Assembly (NCBI RefSeq): GCF_006345805.1 | Contig: NC_043008.1 | Location: 69,874,001 to 69,938,000, forward strand | DNA from: Octopus sinensis | Taxonomy: Eukaryota | Length of the DNA: 64,000 bases | Reading direction: 5' to 3' | In this document: positions 25,820 to 38,569 of the stretch, piece by piece | Position numbering within the stretch: position 1 is the stretch's first letter | Layout of the letters: each line of letters opens with the position of its first letter | Notes under the pieces: generated by a model | Databases searched by the model: none | What the model was told of the DNA's origin: nothing | Seen by the model: the letters and a program-made list of their open reading frames with translations, nothing else | Translations under genes and position numbers: made by a program

Positions 25820-26650
25820 GCACTCTCACACACATACACACGCACTCTCACACACATACTCGCACATAGACATATTTATATACACAGTAACATCACCCAT
25901 GGATGTTAAATAATGATGATAATGATGACATATATAACATTTTCACAAACATAAACATTTGAAAATAGATACAAAAACACACATACTCACAAACATACAT
26001 AAGCATTTATGCATTCATAAATACATACGCATACTAACATACAATCTGAACACATACATGCACATATGTGTTCACATACTACATTCATAAACATACATAG
26101 GTACTCAAAATCACATTCACAAACATATATACACACGTATCTATATGTTCATAAACATATGCACATACACATCTATACATTCACAAGCTTACATACTCTC
26201 ATACACATTCATTTATATGCATCTTCATAAGAAATACACATTTTGATACACACACGCACACATATTTTCAAATATATATATATATATGCACATTCAAACA
26301 CATACACACATATGCATCCAAACATATAAGTTTATGCTCAAACACATAAATGAATATGCACAAACACACACATACATACATATATACAATTCCTATTTAA
26401 GTAGTGAATTGAATCGCATAATCGGCTACAAAAGTACTTAATTCATCAACTCTGGAGGGAAGGTAAAAAAAACTGTAGTGAAATTTAACAGGATTTGAAC
26501 TTACAACCTAAAGGTATGAAACTAAATACTTTAATGTATTTACACTGTAGTTCTGTTGCTTCAAACCATTTTCACAGATATTTAAGTATGTTTTCTTTTT
26601 ATATCTAGAATCTAATTGTACATGTGTGTATATACACACACACACGCACA

Positions 26651-26726
<76 letters not shown>

Positions 26727-26790
26727 CATACATACACTCACATACACATATGTATGTGTGTTTGTGTATTTCTATCTGTGTACATACAGA
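25820..26790. repeat. Degenerate (CA)/(TA) low-complexity tract
   Basis: acatacacac and catatatata runs. Confidence 0.8.
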
Positions 26791-27008
26791 TATGGTGATG
26801 CAACCAAGAAAAATAGAACTCATTATATGAGTATGTGTTTGTTTAAATTAATATTGAGCTGAAGCAACAGAGGGACTCAAAAGCTGAGAGTTTCATGCAT
26901 TGGCACTTATCAAAGCACACAAAACATTCAGCTGTTGAGTCACTTTCTTGCTTCTGCTAAATGTTAATAAAAATATATCTGCTCACAAAGGTATACACAC
27001 ACAACCCC

Positions 27009-27056
<48 letters not shown>

Positions 27057-27367
27057 ATCATCATCATCATCGTTTAAGATCTATTTTCTTGCTGGCATGG
27101 GTCAGACAGTTTGACAGGAGCTAGCCAGCTGGGGAGCTGTCCAGACTCCAGTTGTCTATGTTCACATGAACTTTTACATGTTCACTTTCCACTGTAAGAT
27201 GCCCTTTCTTTCACCAACACTAATCTGTTTCCAAGTTCAGTGATATTTCTCCATGGCCACACACATTTTCACTGAAAATTGAAAACAAAGGACACCACTT
27301 GTATGACATAGATACTTGTTTACAATGATCACTTCAGTGTTGAGACATGAAAAGACTAAGACACACA

Positions 27368-27414
<47 letters not shown>

Positions 27415-27579
27415 TGTGCATGACAGACTTTCAGTTACCAGCTAATAAACCCTCTCACAAAGTTTTGGTTGGCTCATGTCTATAGTGGATGCTGCCCAAA
27501 GTGCCATACAGTGGGTCTGAGCTCAAAGCTATGTGGCTTGGAAGCAAACAACTTAAACAGCCATGCTTATATCTATATC

Positions 27580-27930
27580 ATCATCATCATCATCATCGTT
27601 TAGCGTCCGTTTTCCATGCTAGCATGGGTTGGACGGGTCAACTGGGGTCTGTGAAGCTGGAAGGCTTCGTCAGGCCCAGTCAGATCTGGCAGTGTTTCTA
27701 CGGCTGGATGCCCTTCCTAATGCCAACCACTCCGCGAGTGTAGTGGGTGTTTTTTACGTGCCACCTGCACAGGTGCCAGACAGAGCTGGTGAACGGCCAC
27801 GAACGGATGGTGCTTTTACGTGTCACCGGCTCGGGGCCAGGCGATGCTGGCAACGGACACGAACGGATGGTGCTTTTACGTGCCACCGACACGGGGCCAG
27901 ACAGAGCTGGCAACCAGCCACGAACATGCA
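27580..27930 (-). mobile_element. Young RTE-tail SINE-like element with ~60-bp tandem units
   Basis: (cat)n gtttagcgtccgttttccatgctagcatgggttggacg…ggatgcccttcctaatgccaaccactcc…, then repeated acgaacggatggtgcttttacgtg units; close match to 29660-30060. Confidence 0.85.
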
Positions 27931-28869
27931 TACACAAAATATATATTACATATATGCACAAGCAGATGGATCAACAAATACATACATCCATACAGGCAAA
28001 TGTGCATGTGTATATCTATCATTATATACACATATATATTTTAGTAGTAGGTGTCTAATCAGGATTGGCCTATTTAATGTCAAAACTGGATGTGTGACAG
28101 TAATGGTGTCAAATTTGGTCAAACAGATGGGATCTCAGAGAAAAGAAAAATATCTTATGCATCGTATATACCACGGGTCAGTCGCTGCTATCTCTAGCAG
28201 TTGAGTGTTCATCATTGACAGCATCAAAGAAGGTTGAAATCACATGGTCTGGTGGTCTTGGCACTGGAGATGTTAGGGATTTATCTCCCTGCTGGCAATA
28301 TAAGTAAGAGTGCATTTTGCACTGAAAGCCAATATGAGAGTTTCTCTCATGGTATCTACTGCAGTATAGTTTGTTCGAACAGAACATCTATGTTTAAATA
28401 GGGATAAATATTATCTTGTGGCATTATTGCCTCTATTGTTAATAAAATATCTTTTAAAAACAAGGTCAAAGAGAAAAAAAAAGAAAACAAAAACATCTAA
28501 GCATCTGTGTTTGATATCGTGTAAAATAGTGGCAGGGAGGAGAGACTGTAAGTTTGTGGTTTAAGAGTGGTTGGGGAATGATTTTGATGAGGGCCACCAG
28601 GTCATTTACAAAATAACAAGCAGCTGTTTTAGAACTTGGTGGGTAGGGGCCTTAATCTGAATCATGTATTGGTGAGGGGTGAGGACAGTACCAAGCAGTA
28701 TACATACCCTTGGCAATCATATGTAAGGATGGTTTTCCTTTGTATGTATGTATGCATGTATGTGTGTGTTTGGTGAGTGTTTTTACTTTTTAAAAGAATC
28801 TTGTAATAAGAATTTAAACCTCTATTTCACACCTGGCCCCCTCAGTAATTACTGCTATTATAAAGAAAA

Positions 28870-29170
28870 TTTATTTAAATTCCTATTACCAAAAGAGTTA
28901 ACGACTGTTTGCTAATAAAATGTAATTCAATCTTGGATTGCTATTAACCAAAAAATTGCTGTTAACTAAAAAGCTTGCTGTCAAACAAAACTTACCGTTA
29001 ACCAAAATTTTGCTGTGCACTGCATAATCCGTTGCAAACCTCAAACTTGGTATCCTCAAAACTAGTTAATCAGGAAACCAGCTGTTAATTTGAAGACTTG
29101 TTATTAACCAGGTAATTGCTACTAACGAAAGCATACCTAGTCTTAATCTAAAATATTTAACCATGCGCCA
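28870..29170. repeat. Degenerate ~22-bp tandem repeat (ttgctgttaaccaaaaa-like)
   Basis: ttgctattaaccaaaaaattgctgttaactaaaaagcttgctgtcaaacaaaacttaccgttaaccaaaattttgctg. Confidence 0.55.
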
Positions 29171-29320
29171 GAAAAAGCACTTATCAGTATTTCATGTTTT
29201 TATGTTCTGAGTTCAAATGCTGCCAAAGTTGTGCCTCCCTTTCATCAATTCAGGATCAATGAAATAGGTATCAATAGAGTACTGTAGTTGTGAAGCAAGC
29301 TTCTTACCACACATACTGTC

Positions 29321-29358
<38 letters not shown>

Positions 29359-29359
<1 letters not shown>

Positions 29360-29660
29360 GAGGCGCAATGGCCCAGTGGTTAGGGCAGCGGACTCGTGGT
29401 TGTAGAATCGTGGTTTTGATTCCCAGACAGGGCCTTGTGAGTGCTTATTGAACGAAAACACTTAAAGCTCCTTGAGGTTCCAGCAGGGGTTGGTGGCAAT
29501 CCCTGCTGTACTCTTTCACCACAACTTTCTCTCACTCTTTCTTCTGTTAGCCTGCTCGCTTAGCCAGTGGGGTGATATCATTTGAAGGCTAAAGCAATGC
29601 AAAGCGCATTGTGGCCAGCAATGTGTAGCAACGTCTGATAGCCTGGTTGGTCAAAGTGAT
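29359..29660 (+). mobile_element. tRNA-derived SINE with clear A/B boxes
   Basis: ggaggcgcaatggcccagtggttagggcagcggactc…ggttttgattccc; no tRNA 3' acceptor arm follows, and the body is SINE-like. Confidence 0.85.
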
Positions 29661-30835
29661 ATCATCATCATCATCATCATCATTCGCGTCCGCTTTCCAT
29701 GCTAGCATGGGTTGAACGGTTCAACTTGGGTCTGTGAAGCCAGAAGGCTGCATCAGGCCCAGTCTGATCTGGCAGTGTTTCTACGGCTGGATGCTCTTCC
29801 TAACGCCAACCACTCCGTGAGTGTAGTGGGTGCTATTTACGTGCCACCCACACAGGTGCCAGACGGAGCTGGCAAACGGCCACGAACGGATGGTGCTTTT
29901 ACGTTCCACCGGCACGGGGGCCAGGCGAGTCTGGCAACGGACACGAACGGATGGTGCTTTTTACGTGCCACCGGCACGACGCCAGTCGGGGCGGTGCTGG
30001 CAACGGTCACGAACGGATGGTTCTCTTACGTACCACCAGCACTGGTAACTCAGCTGCAATTTCCATTGATCGATTTCGATTCTGATCCTCACTTGCCTCA
30101 ACAGGTCTTCACAAGTAGAGTTTTGTGTCCCAAGAAGGGAAGGTATGCATACGTAGACTGGCTCCATCCCATGTAGAAGGCCACGGGTTATGGTCTCACT
30201 TGTCCTGCCGGGTCTTCTCGCGCACAGCATACTTCCAGAGGTCTCGGTCTCCAGTCATTTCCTCAGTGAGACCTAAAGTTGGAAGGTCGTGCTTCACCAC
30301 CTCGTCCCAGGTTTTCCTGGGTCTGCCTCTTCCACAGGTTCCCTCAACCGCTAGGGTGTGGCACTTTTTCACACAACTATCTTCATCCATTCTCGCCACA
30401 TGCCCATACCAGTGCAAACGTCTCTCTTGCACACCACAACTGATGCTTCTTAGGTCCAGCTTTTCTCTCAAGGTACTTACACTCTGTCGAGTATGAGTAC
30501 TGACATTACACATCCATCGGAGCATACTGGCTTCATTTCTTGCGAGCTTATGCATATCCTCAGCAGTCACGGCCCATGTTTCACTGCCATGTAGCATGGC
30601 TGTTCGTACACACGCATCATACAGTCTGCCTTTTACTCTGTGCGAGAGGCCTTTTGTCACCAGCAGAGGTAAGAGCTCTCTGAACTTTGCCGAAGCTATT
30701 CTTACTCTAACAGTTACACTTTCAGCACACCCGCCCCCGCTGCTGACTTGGTCACCTAGGTAACGGAAGCTATCAACTATTTCTAGTTTTTCTCCCTGGA
30801 AAGTGACGGAAGTTGGTCTCAGAGCATTTTCAGTA
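29661..30835 (-). mobile_element. 5'-truncated RTE-clade LINE: RT domain 7, thumb and C-terminus, 3' UTR and (GAT)n tail
   Basis: Uninterrupted ORF: VDSFRYLGDQV…KFRELLPLL…KGRLYDACVRTAMLHGSETW…QERRLHWYGHVARM…GRGRPRKTWDEVV. Confidence 0.95.
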
Positions 30836-30854
30836 TATATATATATATCTTTTA

Positions 30855-31225
30855 CTTGTTTCACTCATTTGACTGGGCATACTAGGGCATTGCTTTGAAG
30901 AGTTTTAGATGACCAAATCAACCCCAGGACCATTTTCTTTTTTATAAGCCTAGTACTTAATCTTTTGGTCTCTTTGGCTGAACCACTAACTTACAAGGAT
31001 GTAAACACACCAACACTAGTTGTCAATGTTATGGGAGGACAAATACAGACACAAAAGTACATACACATAGACACGTATACACACACACACAATAGGCTTC
31101 TTTCAGTTTTTGTTCATCAGATTCACTCACAAGGCTATGGTTGGCCCGAGGTTATAGTAGAAGACATTTGCCCAAGGTGCCACACAGTGGGATTGAACCT
31201 TGAACCATGTGGTTGGGAAGCAAAC
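30855..31225 (-). mobile_element. CORE-SINE (OR2-like)
   Basis: cttgtttcactcatttgactg…gaagacatttgcccaaggtgccacacagtggga…ggttgggaagcaaac. Confidence 0.8.
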
Positions 31226-31629
31226 GTCTTACTTGTTTTGACATTTACTTTGTGATTGTAAGCAAAATCAGCATTATTACAAAAATGGTCTCAGTTGTCT
31301 AGAATCTTCTATGAAAACATGACCAGCCAATGAGCTGTGGCGTTCAAAGTCCATGCAGAAAATAGGCAAGAGTTAGTGACAGGAAGAGCATCTCGGACAG
31401 TCAAATCACCCAATCCATGCCAGCATAGAAAGTGTACATGATGATGATGATGATGATATATCGAGACAGATAGCAATGTGTAAATAAAGAAATCAAGATA
31501 GAAACTGATACGAAAGAAACCAACACCAGATACGCAAATTCATCTGAATGTTCAATGAAATAAAATTTATTAAATATTAAAAAAAGAAAACAAAAGAAAA
31601 ACAAAATGACATCAGTTCTTGCGTGCATA

Positions 31630-32230
31630 TATATGTACCTGTGTATTCTTTTACACACAGATACAGCTACATACTTATATGAATGTGTGTGTGTGTGTAT
31701 ATATATATCTTTACACACACGTACATATATTTGTACAGATTCACACATAAACATAAACATATGCATACATATACGGATATATCTGTCTCTACATATACAC
31801 ATGTGTATGTACTATTGCATATGCACACATACATGTAAACACACACATACACTTACATATACATACTCACACATACATTAATATATACGTACACAATGCA
31901 CACATTCCCTCGGATAAACATATATATATACACACATGTATACATACATACATACTCTCAATGTACACATGAATATGTGTATACACACACACATATATAT
32001 ACACACACACAAAATAAGTGAATATTGCTGAGATTGTTTATTCGACAGACATAATTTATTTTTCTGTAATTCAGTAAATATTTTCTTCTTCAAAAACAAC
32101 AGAACAACATACAAACAACAATAACAACAACAAAAGCAACATACTGAGAAACAACAGCTCGTTTTCTTGCCAATACACTTAAATAAAGATATAACAATCT
32201 ACAGTATTATTATTGTGTTTAAATAATAAT

Positions 32231-32263
<33 letters not shown>

Positions 32264-32415
32264 GATGATGATGATAATAATATTACTGACACAAAATACA
32301 GAAATAATAAAATCTTTGTATTAATGAAGTGTAGAAGAATGAGTAACAGTGTATAAATATGAGAAAAGATGTGTGTACATATATATTATGAATTTTAAAT
32401 ATAAGGGTGTATGTA

Positions 32416-32470
<55 letters not shown>

Positions 32471-32600
32471 GTAAATATATGTATAGATATGTGTGTATAT
32501 ATATATATATATACATATGTAAATATATGTATAGATATGTGTGTATATATATATATATATAGTGTGTGTGTATTTGTGTGTATGTGTGAAGAAGTGTAGA
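31630..32600. repeat. Microsatellite/low-complexity tract ((CA)n, (AAT)n, (AAC)n, (TA)n)
   Basis: Direct reading; includes a duplicated atatacatatgtaaatatatgtatagatatgtgtg unit. Confidence 0.8.
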
Positions 32601-32819
32601 AATGTGCAAAAACAGAAATATTGAACATGTTAAATTACTTTTATCATTCATTTTGCATTTTCATTTTGTTTTCTGTAATATATTCAATATTGAGTAAGTT
32701 TTATTAAATTAGTTTGTTTCTTGAAAATAATATGCACATAACACACATACACACATAATTATATATATATGTGTATATGGTAATATATGTGTGTATACTA
32801 ACATGTATGTATATACTCA

Positions 32820-33700
32820 TCATAATCATCATTATTTAATATTTGTTTCCATGCTGGTATGGGTTGGACTGGTTGATAGGAGCTGACAAAGCCAGGTACT
32901 ACACCAGTTGCCATTGTCTGTTTAGACTCTAGATACCCTTCTTAACCTCAACCACTTTATAGAGTATATTGGATGCTTTTTATGTGGCACCGTCACCAGT
33001 GCTTTTTACATGGCACCATCATTAGTGTTTTTTCATGTGATGCCAGTGATTTTATGTGGCACCAGCACTGACAGAATAACTATGTATCTCGCATGACTAG
33101 AACCCCTCAACTAGGAGTTGAAGAAGTAGTATTGAGATTGTGTGGTTTTGTTCCAGTTAAGATATTTGAATTATAGATGGGACAGATATAGGTTGTCTTG
33201 CTGAAGAGTAGATACATGGATACTCCATTTGGAGAATAAAGGAAAAATATGTTGGAGAGTAAGGTAAAGGGAGTGACTGTGAGAGAGATGATTGCGGGTA
33301 TGTGTTGGGGCGTGCCCTCAAGGGACATTGGAGGGTGTTGAAAATAGGTGAGGTGACTTAGAAGCTTGGTATGGTTGAGTGGGCAGGATGGAGTGACTAT
33401 AGCTAATGATGGAGGGAAATATAGAAGCTTGGGGGCAGGGATTGCAGTAGATATGCGAGGGCTTTGAGGGGTGATAGCAGGTAAATGAGGAGTTGATGAT
33501 GGAGAGCAGCAGAGGGAGGGGAGAGAAGGCACAGAAAGGTAATGATTGGTGTAAACAGTAGGTGGGGGAAGTAAAGGTAACTGAGAAAACCAGGTATGAG
33601 TATATACCTATTCTGCTAGGGGAAAAATGTGGGTAGAGGAGTTGGTTGACGGGGCAGAACCCCTCTAAGACAAGTTTTATCAAGCTGGTTTTAGGATATC
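32820..33700 (-). mobile_element. Old RTE-tail element with purine-rich internal segment
   Basis: catcattatttaatatttgtttccatgctggtatgggttggac start, ttttatgtggcacc tandem units, GA-rich body; similar bodies at ~61900-62250, ~45520-45960 and ~62700-63100. Confidence 0.55.
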
Positions 33701-34189
33701 AATTCTGTTGTGGTGGGCAGGTCTTACGTATGTACAATTTTTGTACATAATATGTACATCATAAATGGAAACTAAGGCAAGCATCATCTTCTATAGCTTT
33801 GGGCTAACCAAAGCAGGAATTTTCTAGCATGGAAACTGCAGCCTCTGGCATTTCAATCATGCACATTTAAGTATGTCATATTGATAAAGTTTTTTACTAT
33901 AGAGGAGCTTCTAATTTATGTCTTGAATTTTATGCAGTGTCTTTGCCAATCAGTGTATTCAGACATTAACTCTATACATTTCAGACTGGCTGATTTGATT
34001 TTGTTTCGGAAGTGACCAGCAGTCATTTGTAGGGCAATATATATATATATTACTGTTCTTTTATAGGTAGGATCAACAAAATAATTACTCCATCCCTGAG
34101 AGATAAATAAATGTTATTTAATATGCAAAGAATTTTTTAAAAAAGCTGCTAATAGTTTCAGGCTGTAGAGATATAATAATTTTGGAAGA

Positions 34190-34510
34190 TTTATATAACA
34201 TGCAATGTGTCTCCAAGCAATCTTTCTGGCTCAGTGCATACCAGCTTGAAAGCTAGGATGCTGTTCTTTGAGAAAACATGAATTAGTTGATGCCATGTAT
34301 AGTATCTGAAGATCAACTGCACACCACATAGAAGCAAGTGGAGAATCATGGAGAAATCTATGCCGCATATGAATGGATCAAAGAGATGCAAGTTATGTGT
34401 AGTTGAAAGACTGCACATTCATTTTAGATCCAAGAATTCTGCCATACTACTTAATACCAAATCCAAACTTTTTAGCAAATGCAAGCACATGGACAAATTG
34501 TCAAACTGGA
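34190..34510 (+). mobile_element. Penelope-like element relic (GIY-YIG C-terminus)
   Basis: KWRIMEKSMPHMNGSKRCKLCVVERLHI…LLNTKSKLFSKCKHMDKL, matching the PLE pattern W.IL.K..PY…SKRC.LCL.EK…LLNKRSE..SKCRH. Confidence 0.8.
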
Positions 34511-34904
34511 GGGCAGTGCCCTCTCTGGATTGAGTAACATTTTCACAGACTTTACATTCCCCTCAGTGATATTTTTCTACATGAGCTAAATTATGATTTC
34601 TACAGACAAAGGGGATGAAGATCTTGGTTTTCTTACTTTTCATTCTTTTGTTCCACTTTTTCATCAAGCTTCTTTGAGTTTTTCCTATGTTTTTCTCAAG
34701 TTTTCTCATGGAGCAGTATCCTGGTTTTCAAATATGCCTAACAGTATGTACCGAGCCTAAAAAATTGCTTGGAGATACATGGCATGTTATATAAATCTAC
34801 CAAATTATTATATCTCCGTAGCATGAAACTATTAGCAGGTCTTTCTTAAAATCTGCACATACACACACACATACACACATACATAGATACACACACTCAC
34901 ACAC

Positions 34905-35283
34905 ACATGTGGCTGTGTGGTAAAAGGCTTGCTTCCCAGTCACATGGCTCCAGTACCACTGCATGGAACCTTGGGCAAGTGTCTTCTACTATATAACCTT
35001 AAGCCAACCAAAACCATGGGAATGGATTTTGTGGATGGAATCTGAAAGAAACCTGCTATATAAATGCATATATCTATGTGTGTGTGTGTGTGTCTCTGTC
35101 TGTGTGTTTGTCCCCCAACTAGTATTGGTGGGTTTAAATCCCCTTAACTTAGCAGTTTGGCAAAGGGCCGATAGAATAAATACCAATCTTAAAAAATAAG
35201 TATGGAAGTCAATTTGTTTGCTTAAATCCTTGAAGGTAGTGCTCATGCATAGCTGCAGTCCAATGACTGAAACTAGTAAAAGA
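34905..35283 (+). mobile_element. CORE-SINE (OR2-like)
   Basis: tggctgtgtggtaaaaggcttgcttcccag…ccttgggcaagtgtcttctactata…gcagtccaatgactgaaactagtaaaaga. Confidence 0.8.
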
Positions 35284-35414
35284 TATATATATATAGGTTT
35301 GGTCATGTACTCAAGAAAATAGAACTAAAAGCATAAGTATAGATATGTATTATTAATAATTGGCAGAAGTTATGGAGTGATTCAAGGGCTGAGAGTTTCA
35401 TGCATTGACATATA

Positions 35415-37448
35415 CAGGGTGTGGTGAATAAACTGTCATCTAAATTATAAACAAATGAAAATAACACTGATATCTCATTTTAACAGATACATTTACCAAA
35501 ATTATTGGGTCCTCCCATAAATAATGCAGTTTTTTCAGTTGCATCAGCTAAAAGTTAGAGGTGGGATAAATTACCTGAATCAGCTTGCTATAAAAGCAGA
35601 AAGCAATTTTACTTTGTACTTATTCTTAGTGCAAGTTTTGAAGAGTGAATTTTGATTTTAACAGTTATATTTTCAAAGCTATAAAGAAAGTGACAAAGGA
35701 GCGTATTTGGCATATTTTGCTTCATGAGTTCAATAAGGGCAACAACACATTATGAAGAGTATAAATCCAGTATATGGGGATCAGACAATAAGTGTAAGCC
35801 AGTATCAATGGTGGTTCCAGAAATTCCAAGCCAGAAACTACAGCCTAGAAGATGAGCCTTGTCCTGGAAGATCTGTAGAGCTCGATGAGGACATCCTGCA
35901 AATCTTGGTAGAACAAAATCCCATTGTAAATGTTGAGGAACTAGCAGAGAAGCTTGGATTTGGTTATTCAACCATTCATTGATACCTGCATGCCATTGAA
36001 AAGTCAGAAAATTGGGTCAGTAGCTTCCTCACAAACTTTCCAAGTCTAGTCATACACAGAGTGAATGTGTATTCTCACAAATGAACCTTTTTTGAACCAA
36101 AAAGTGACTGGAGAAATGGGTTCTCTATAAAAATGTCAAGTGCCAAAGACAGTGGGTAGGGAAAGGCTAAAGAAGGTCTTCATCCATATAAAGTGTTGTT
36201 ATCTATTTGGTGGGATATGAAAGGTTTAGTCCACTTTGAACTTTTAAACCCAAACCAAACGATAACAAAGGAGAGATCTACTGTGAGCATCTTGAGTGGT
36301 TTTAATCAGTACAAAACCACCATCTTTGGTTTCAAAACAAAAGGTGTTCTTCCATCAGGATAATGCTTGGCCACATACGAGGATAACATTCCAAAGGCTG
36401 GAGCAGTCTGAATGAGAATGATGCCCCACCTACCATTTTCGCTGGATGTTGCCCCATATGACAAGGTCGGAACAGTTCTGGAGGAATATTTTTTTATCAC
36501 AGACAAGGGAATTTTGGAAGAGAGACCTTACATGTCTACAAGATAGATGGAAGAATATTGTAGAAAATGGAGAGTATATTTTAGATTAAAAAAGAACTTT
36601 ATCTTAATATTGAGAAAAAAAAAATGTATTAAAAACATCTGCATTATTTATGGGATGACCCAATACATAAAAAATCTTGGAATACTAAAGAGTAGATGTA
36701 TTCAATAAAATTGCCATTGCCCCCAGCCATGGCCACCAGATGACTATGGAATCTCCTGCAACTCTTCTGGACTGTCTTATCGTTTAGGTTGGTGAATGGT
36801 GCCATAATCCTTGCCTTCAGTTCATCTTTCGTGTTACAAGGTGTTTTGTTGGTCTCTCACTCAACTGTGCCCTTCACATAATAATCAAGGAGGTTGCAGT
36901 ATAGGGAGTTAGGTGGCTAGATGTTACAGGTGATGTGGTCACAAAAATTGTCTGAGAGTCACAACTGGGTTCTCCTGCTTGTGTGGCACAGTGCAAAGTC
37001 CTTTTGCCAGACATAGGGTCTTACAGCAGCCAGCCTCTTGACCCAAGACAGCATTACCTCCTCCAGGCACTTGATGCAAGCCTCTGTGTTGAGTGTGAGG
37101 CATTGTGGGAAGATGACAGGAAGCATAATGTCACCATCACTAGTGAGCACTCCAAACGTCATGATGACTGGTGTTTGATTTTCATCACTCTCGCTATATG
37201 TCCTCAGATTGCACTGTCCTTGGATTGACACCCAAACACTCTGAAATGTTCATATTGGAGCTCCCAACACATATGCCTAGCAGTACAGCATCTCGTTTTC
37301 AAATTTCTGGCAGAGTGTCATGATGCTTTTTTTCTCACAGATGGTGCCCAACTGACCCTACTATACTGTGTAGGTGACAAAATGAAAAACAATGTACATG
37401 TGTGAAATTAAAAATATAAAATGGCAACAATTTATCCATCGCACCCTA
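35415..37448 (-). mobile_element. Internally deleted Tc1/mariner DD37D (maT) element, interrupted by a nested mariner
   Basis: TIRs cagggtgtggtgaataaactgtc / atggcaacaatttatccatcgcaccct with TA flanks; relic YVWQKD-(37 codons)-D in PPNSLYCNLLDY. Confidence 0.85.
35505..36663 (+). mobile_element. Mariner (DD34D-type) transposon, degraded, nearly full length
   Basis: TIRs ttgggtcctcccataaataatgcag / ctgcattatttatgggatgacccaa with TA TSD; ERIWHILLHEFNKG…YGDQTISVSQYQWWFQKF…LEDEPCPGRS…; FHQDNAWPH; …FSLDVAPYD. Confidence 0.9.
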
Positions 37449-37869
37449 TACATATGTGCGAAGCTGCTTGGCCTAGTGGTTAGGAAGTTGCACACATGAT
37501 TGCAAGATTGTGGTTTCAACTTCAAGACCACTTTTGCTCAATGTTCTTGAGCATGATAATTCATTTTATGTTGCTCCAGTCCACTCAATTATGGAAGAGT
37601 AACCATGCAATAACCTGGCTTTCTATTCAGGGGAAATAATGACTTGCCTGGCTAATCAGTGGGGTGGCATCATTTGAAAGCTAAAACATTGTGAACTCAT
37701 GACAAGTTGTGAATAACAGCATCCAAAAATCTGGTTGATACCATTGTGGTTCACCTATTGCGGTTCACCTATTGTGGTTTATTATTTAAGCTTATGTTAA
37801 TTCCTCCGTGGTGTTGCTTTGCATTTATGATAAAATAAATATGTACAAATTATGAAAATAATAATAAAA

Positions 37870-37965
37870 AAAAAATATACAGTACAGAACTGTTTCTACT
37901 GAACGGACTTTCACCTATCATGGGATTTTTGGAATGTAACACCTGTGATAGTCGAGGGATTACTT
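37870..37965 (-). mobile_element. pogo/Tigger-like terminal fragment
   Basis: The reverse complement reads agtaatccctcgactatcacaggtgttacattccaaaa, resembling a Tigger-type terminus; the partner end was not found. Confidence 0.4.
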
Positions 37966-38064
37966 TATATATTTAAGATAAGGTGTTTGCAGCTGTCTAT
38001 GCACAAGTATTAGTTCAAAAGATAAAAAGCAGCTTTAAAATATATTCTATTGTACAGTATAGTA

Positions 38065-38285
38065 CATGAGGGGTGCTGAAAAGTTCCTGATTTTAAGGGT
38101 TTCACGAAAGGCCTGATTGGAGGCCCTACCTGCTGATTTCTTTTACAGGACTTGAAACAACTGAAAGACTACTACAATAAATTTGTGAGTCTGAGAGGGA
38201 AATATGTTAAATAAAAGCATAATTAACTGATCTTCCTGTATTTTCTTTTACCAAAGCCAGGAACTTTTTGGCACCAGTCCCCTAT
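38065..38285. mobile_element. Mariner-derived MITE
   Basis: Inverted ends ggtgctgaaaagttcctg / caggaactttttggcacc around ~200 bp of non-coding sequence. Confidence 0.75.
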
Positions 38286-38395
38286 ATGTATGTACAGTAA
38301 CATACATACACACACTCCATCTCTTTATCAACATCATACATATTGATACATATATATTGTGACCTCTAATGTATCCAAGTACAAATATGTATATT

Positions 38396-38430
<35 letters not shown>

Positions 38431-38569
38431 GTGGTTATAATTTAAAATGTCTGTGGCCCAGTTGGTAGCTTGGTGGATGAGCATTCATGTTTGTATTTCA
38501 AAATGTTCAAAATTGGTCGTTGAAATTTCTGAGTTTTGGCTTTCAGCCATCTTGGCATTGGTGTTTTTG

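Noticed and set aside
27820-27930. CRISPR-like spaced repeats (also 29830-30050)
   Set aside because: Eukaryotic context; the units are tandem parts of an RTE 3' UTR with related spacers, and there are no cas genes.
28100-28400. Protein-like open frames on both strands
   Set aside because: Matches the repeat at 9482-9872 in reverse orientation.
29359-29430. tRNA gene (also 63535-63600)
   Set aside because: A and B boxes are present but there is no 3' acceptor stem; it continues into a SINE body.
32090-32200. Cysteine-string-like frame (…SCCFSVCCFCCCYCC…)
   Set aside because: Produced by a (TGT)n microsatellite.
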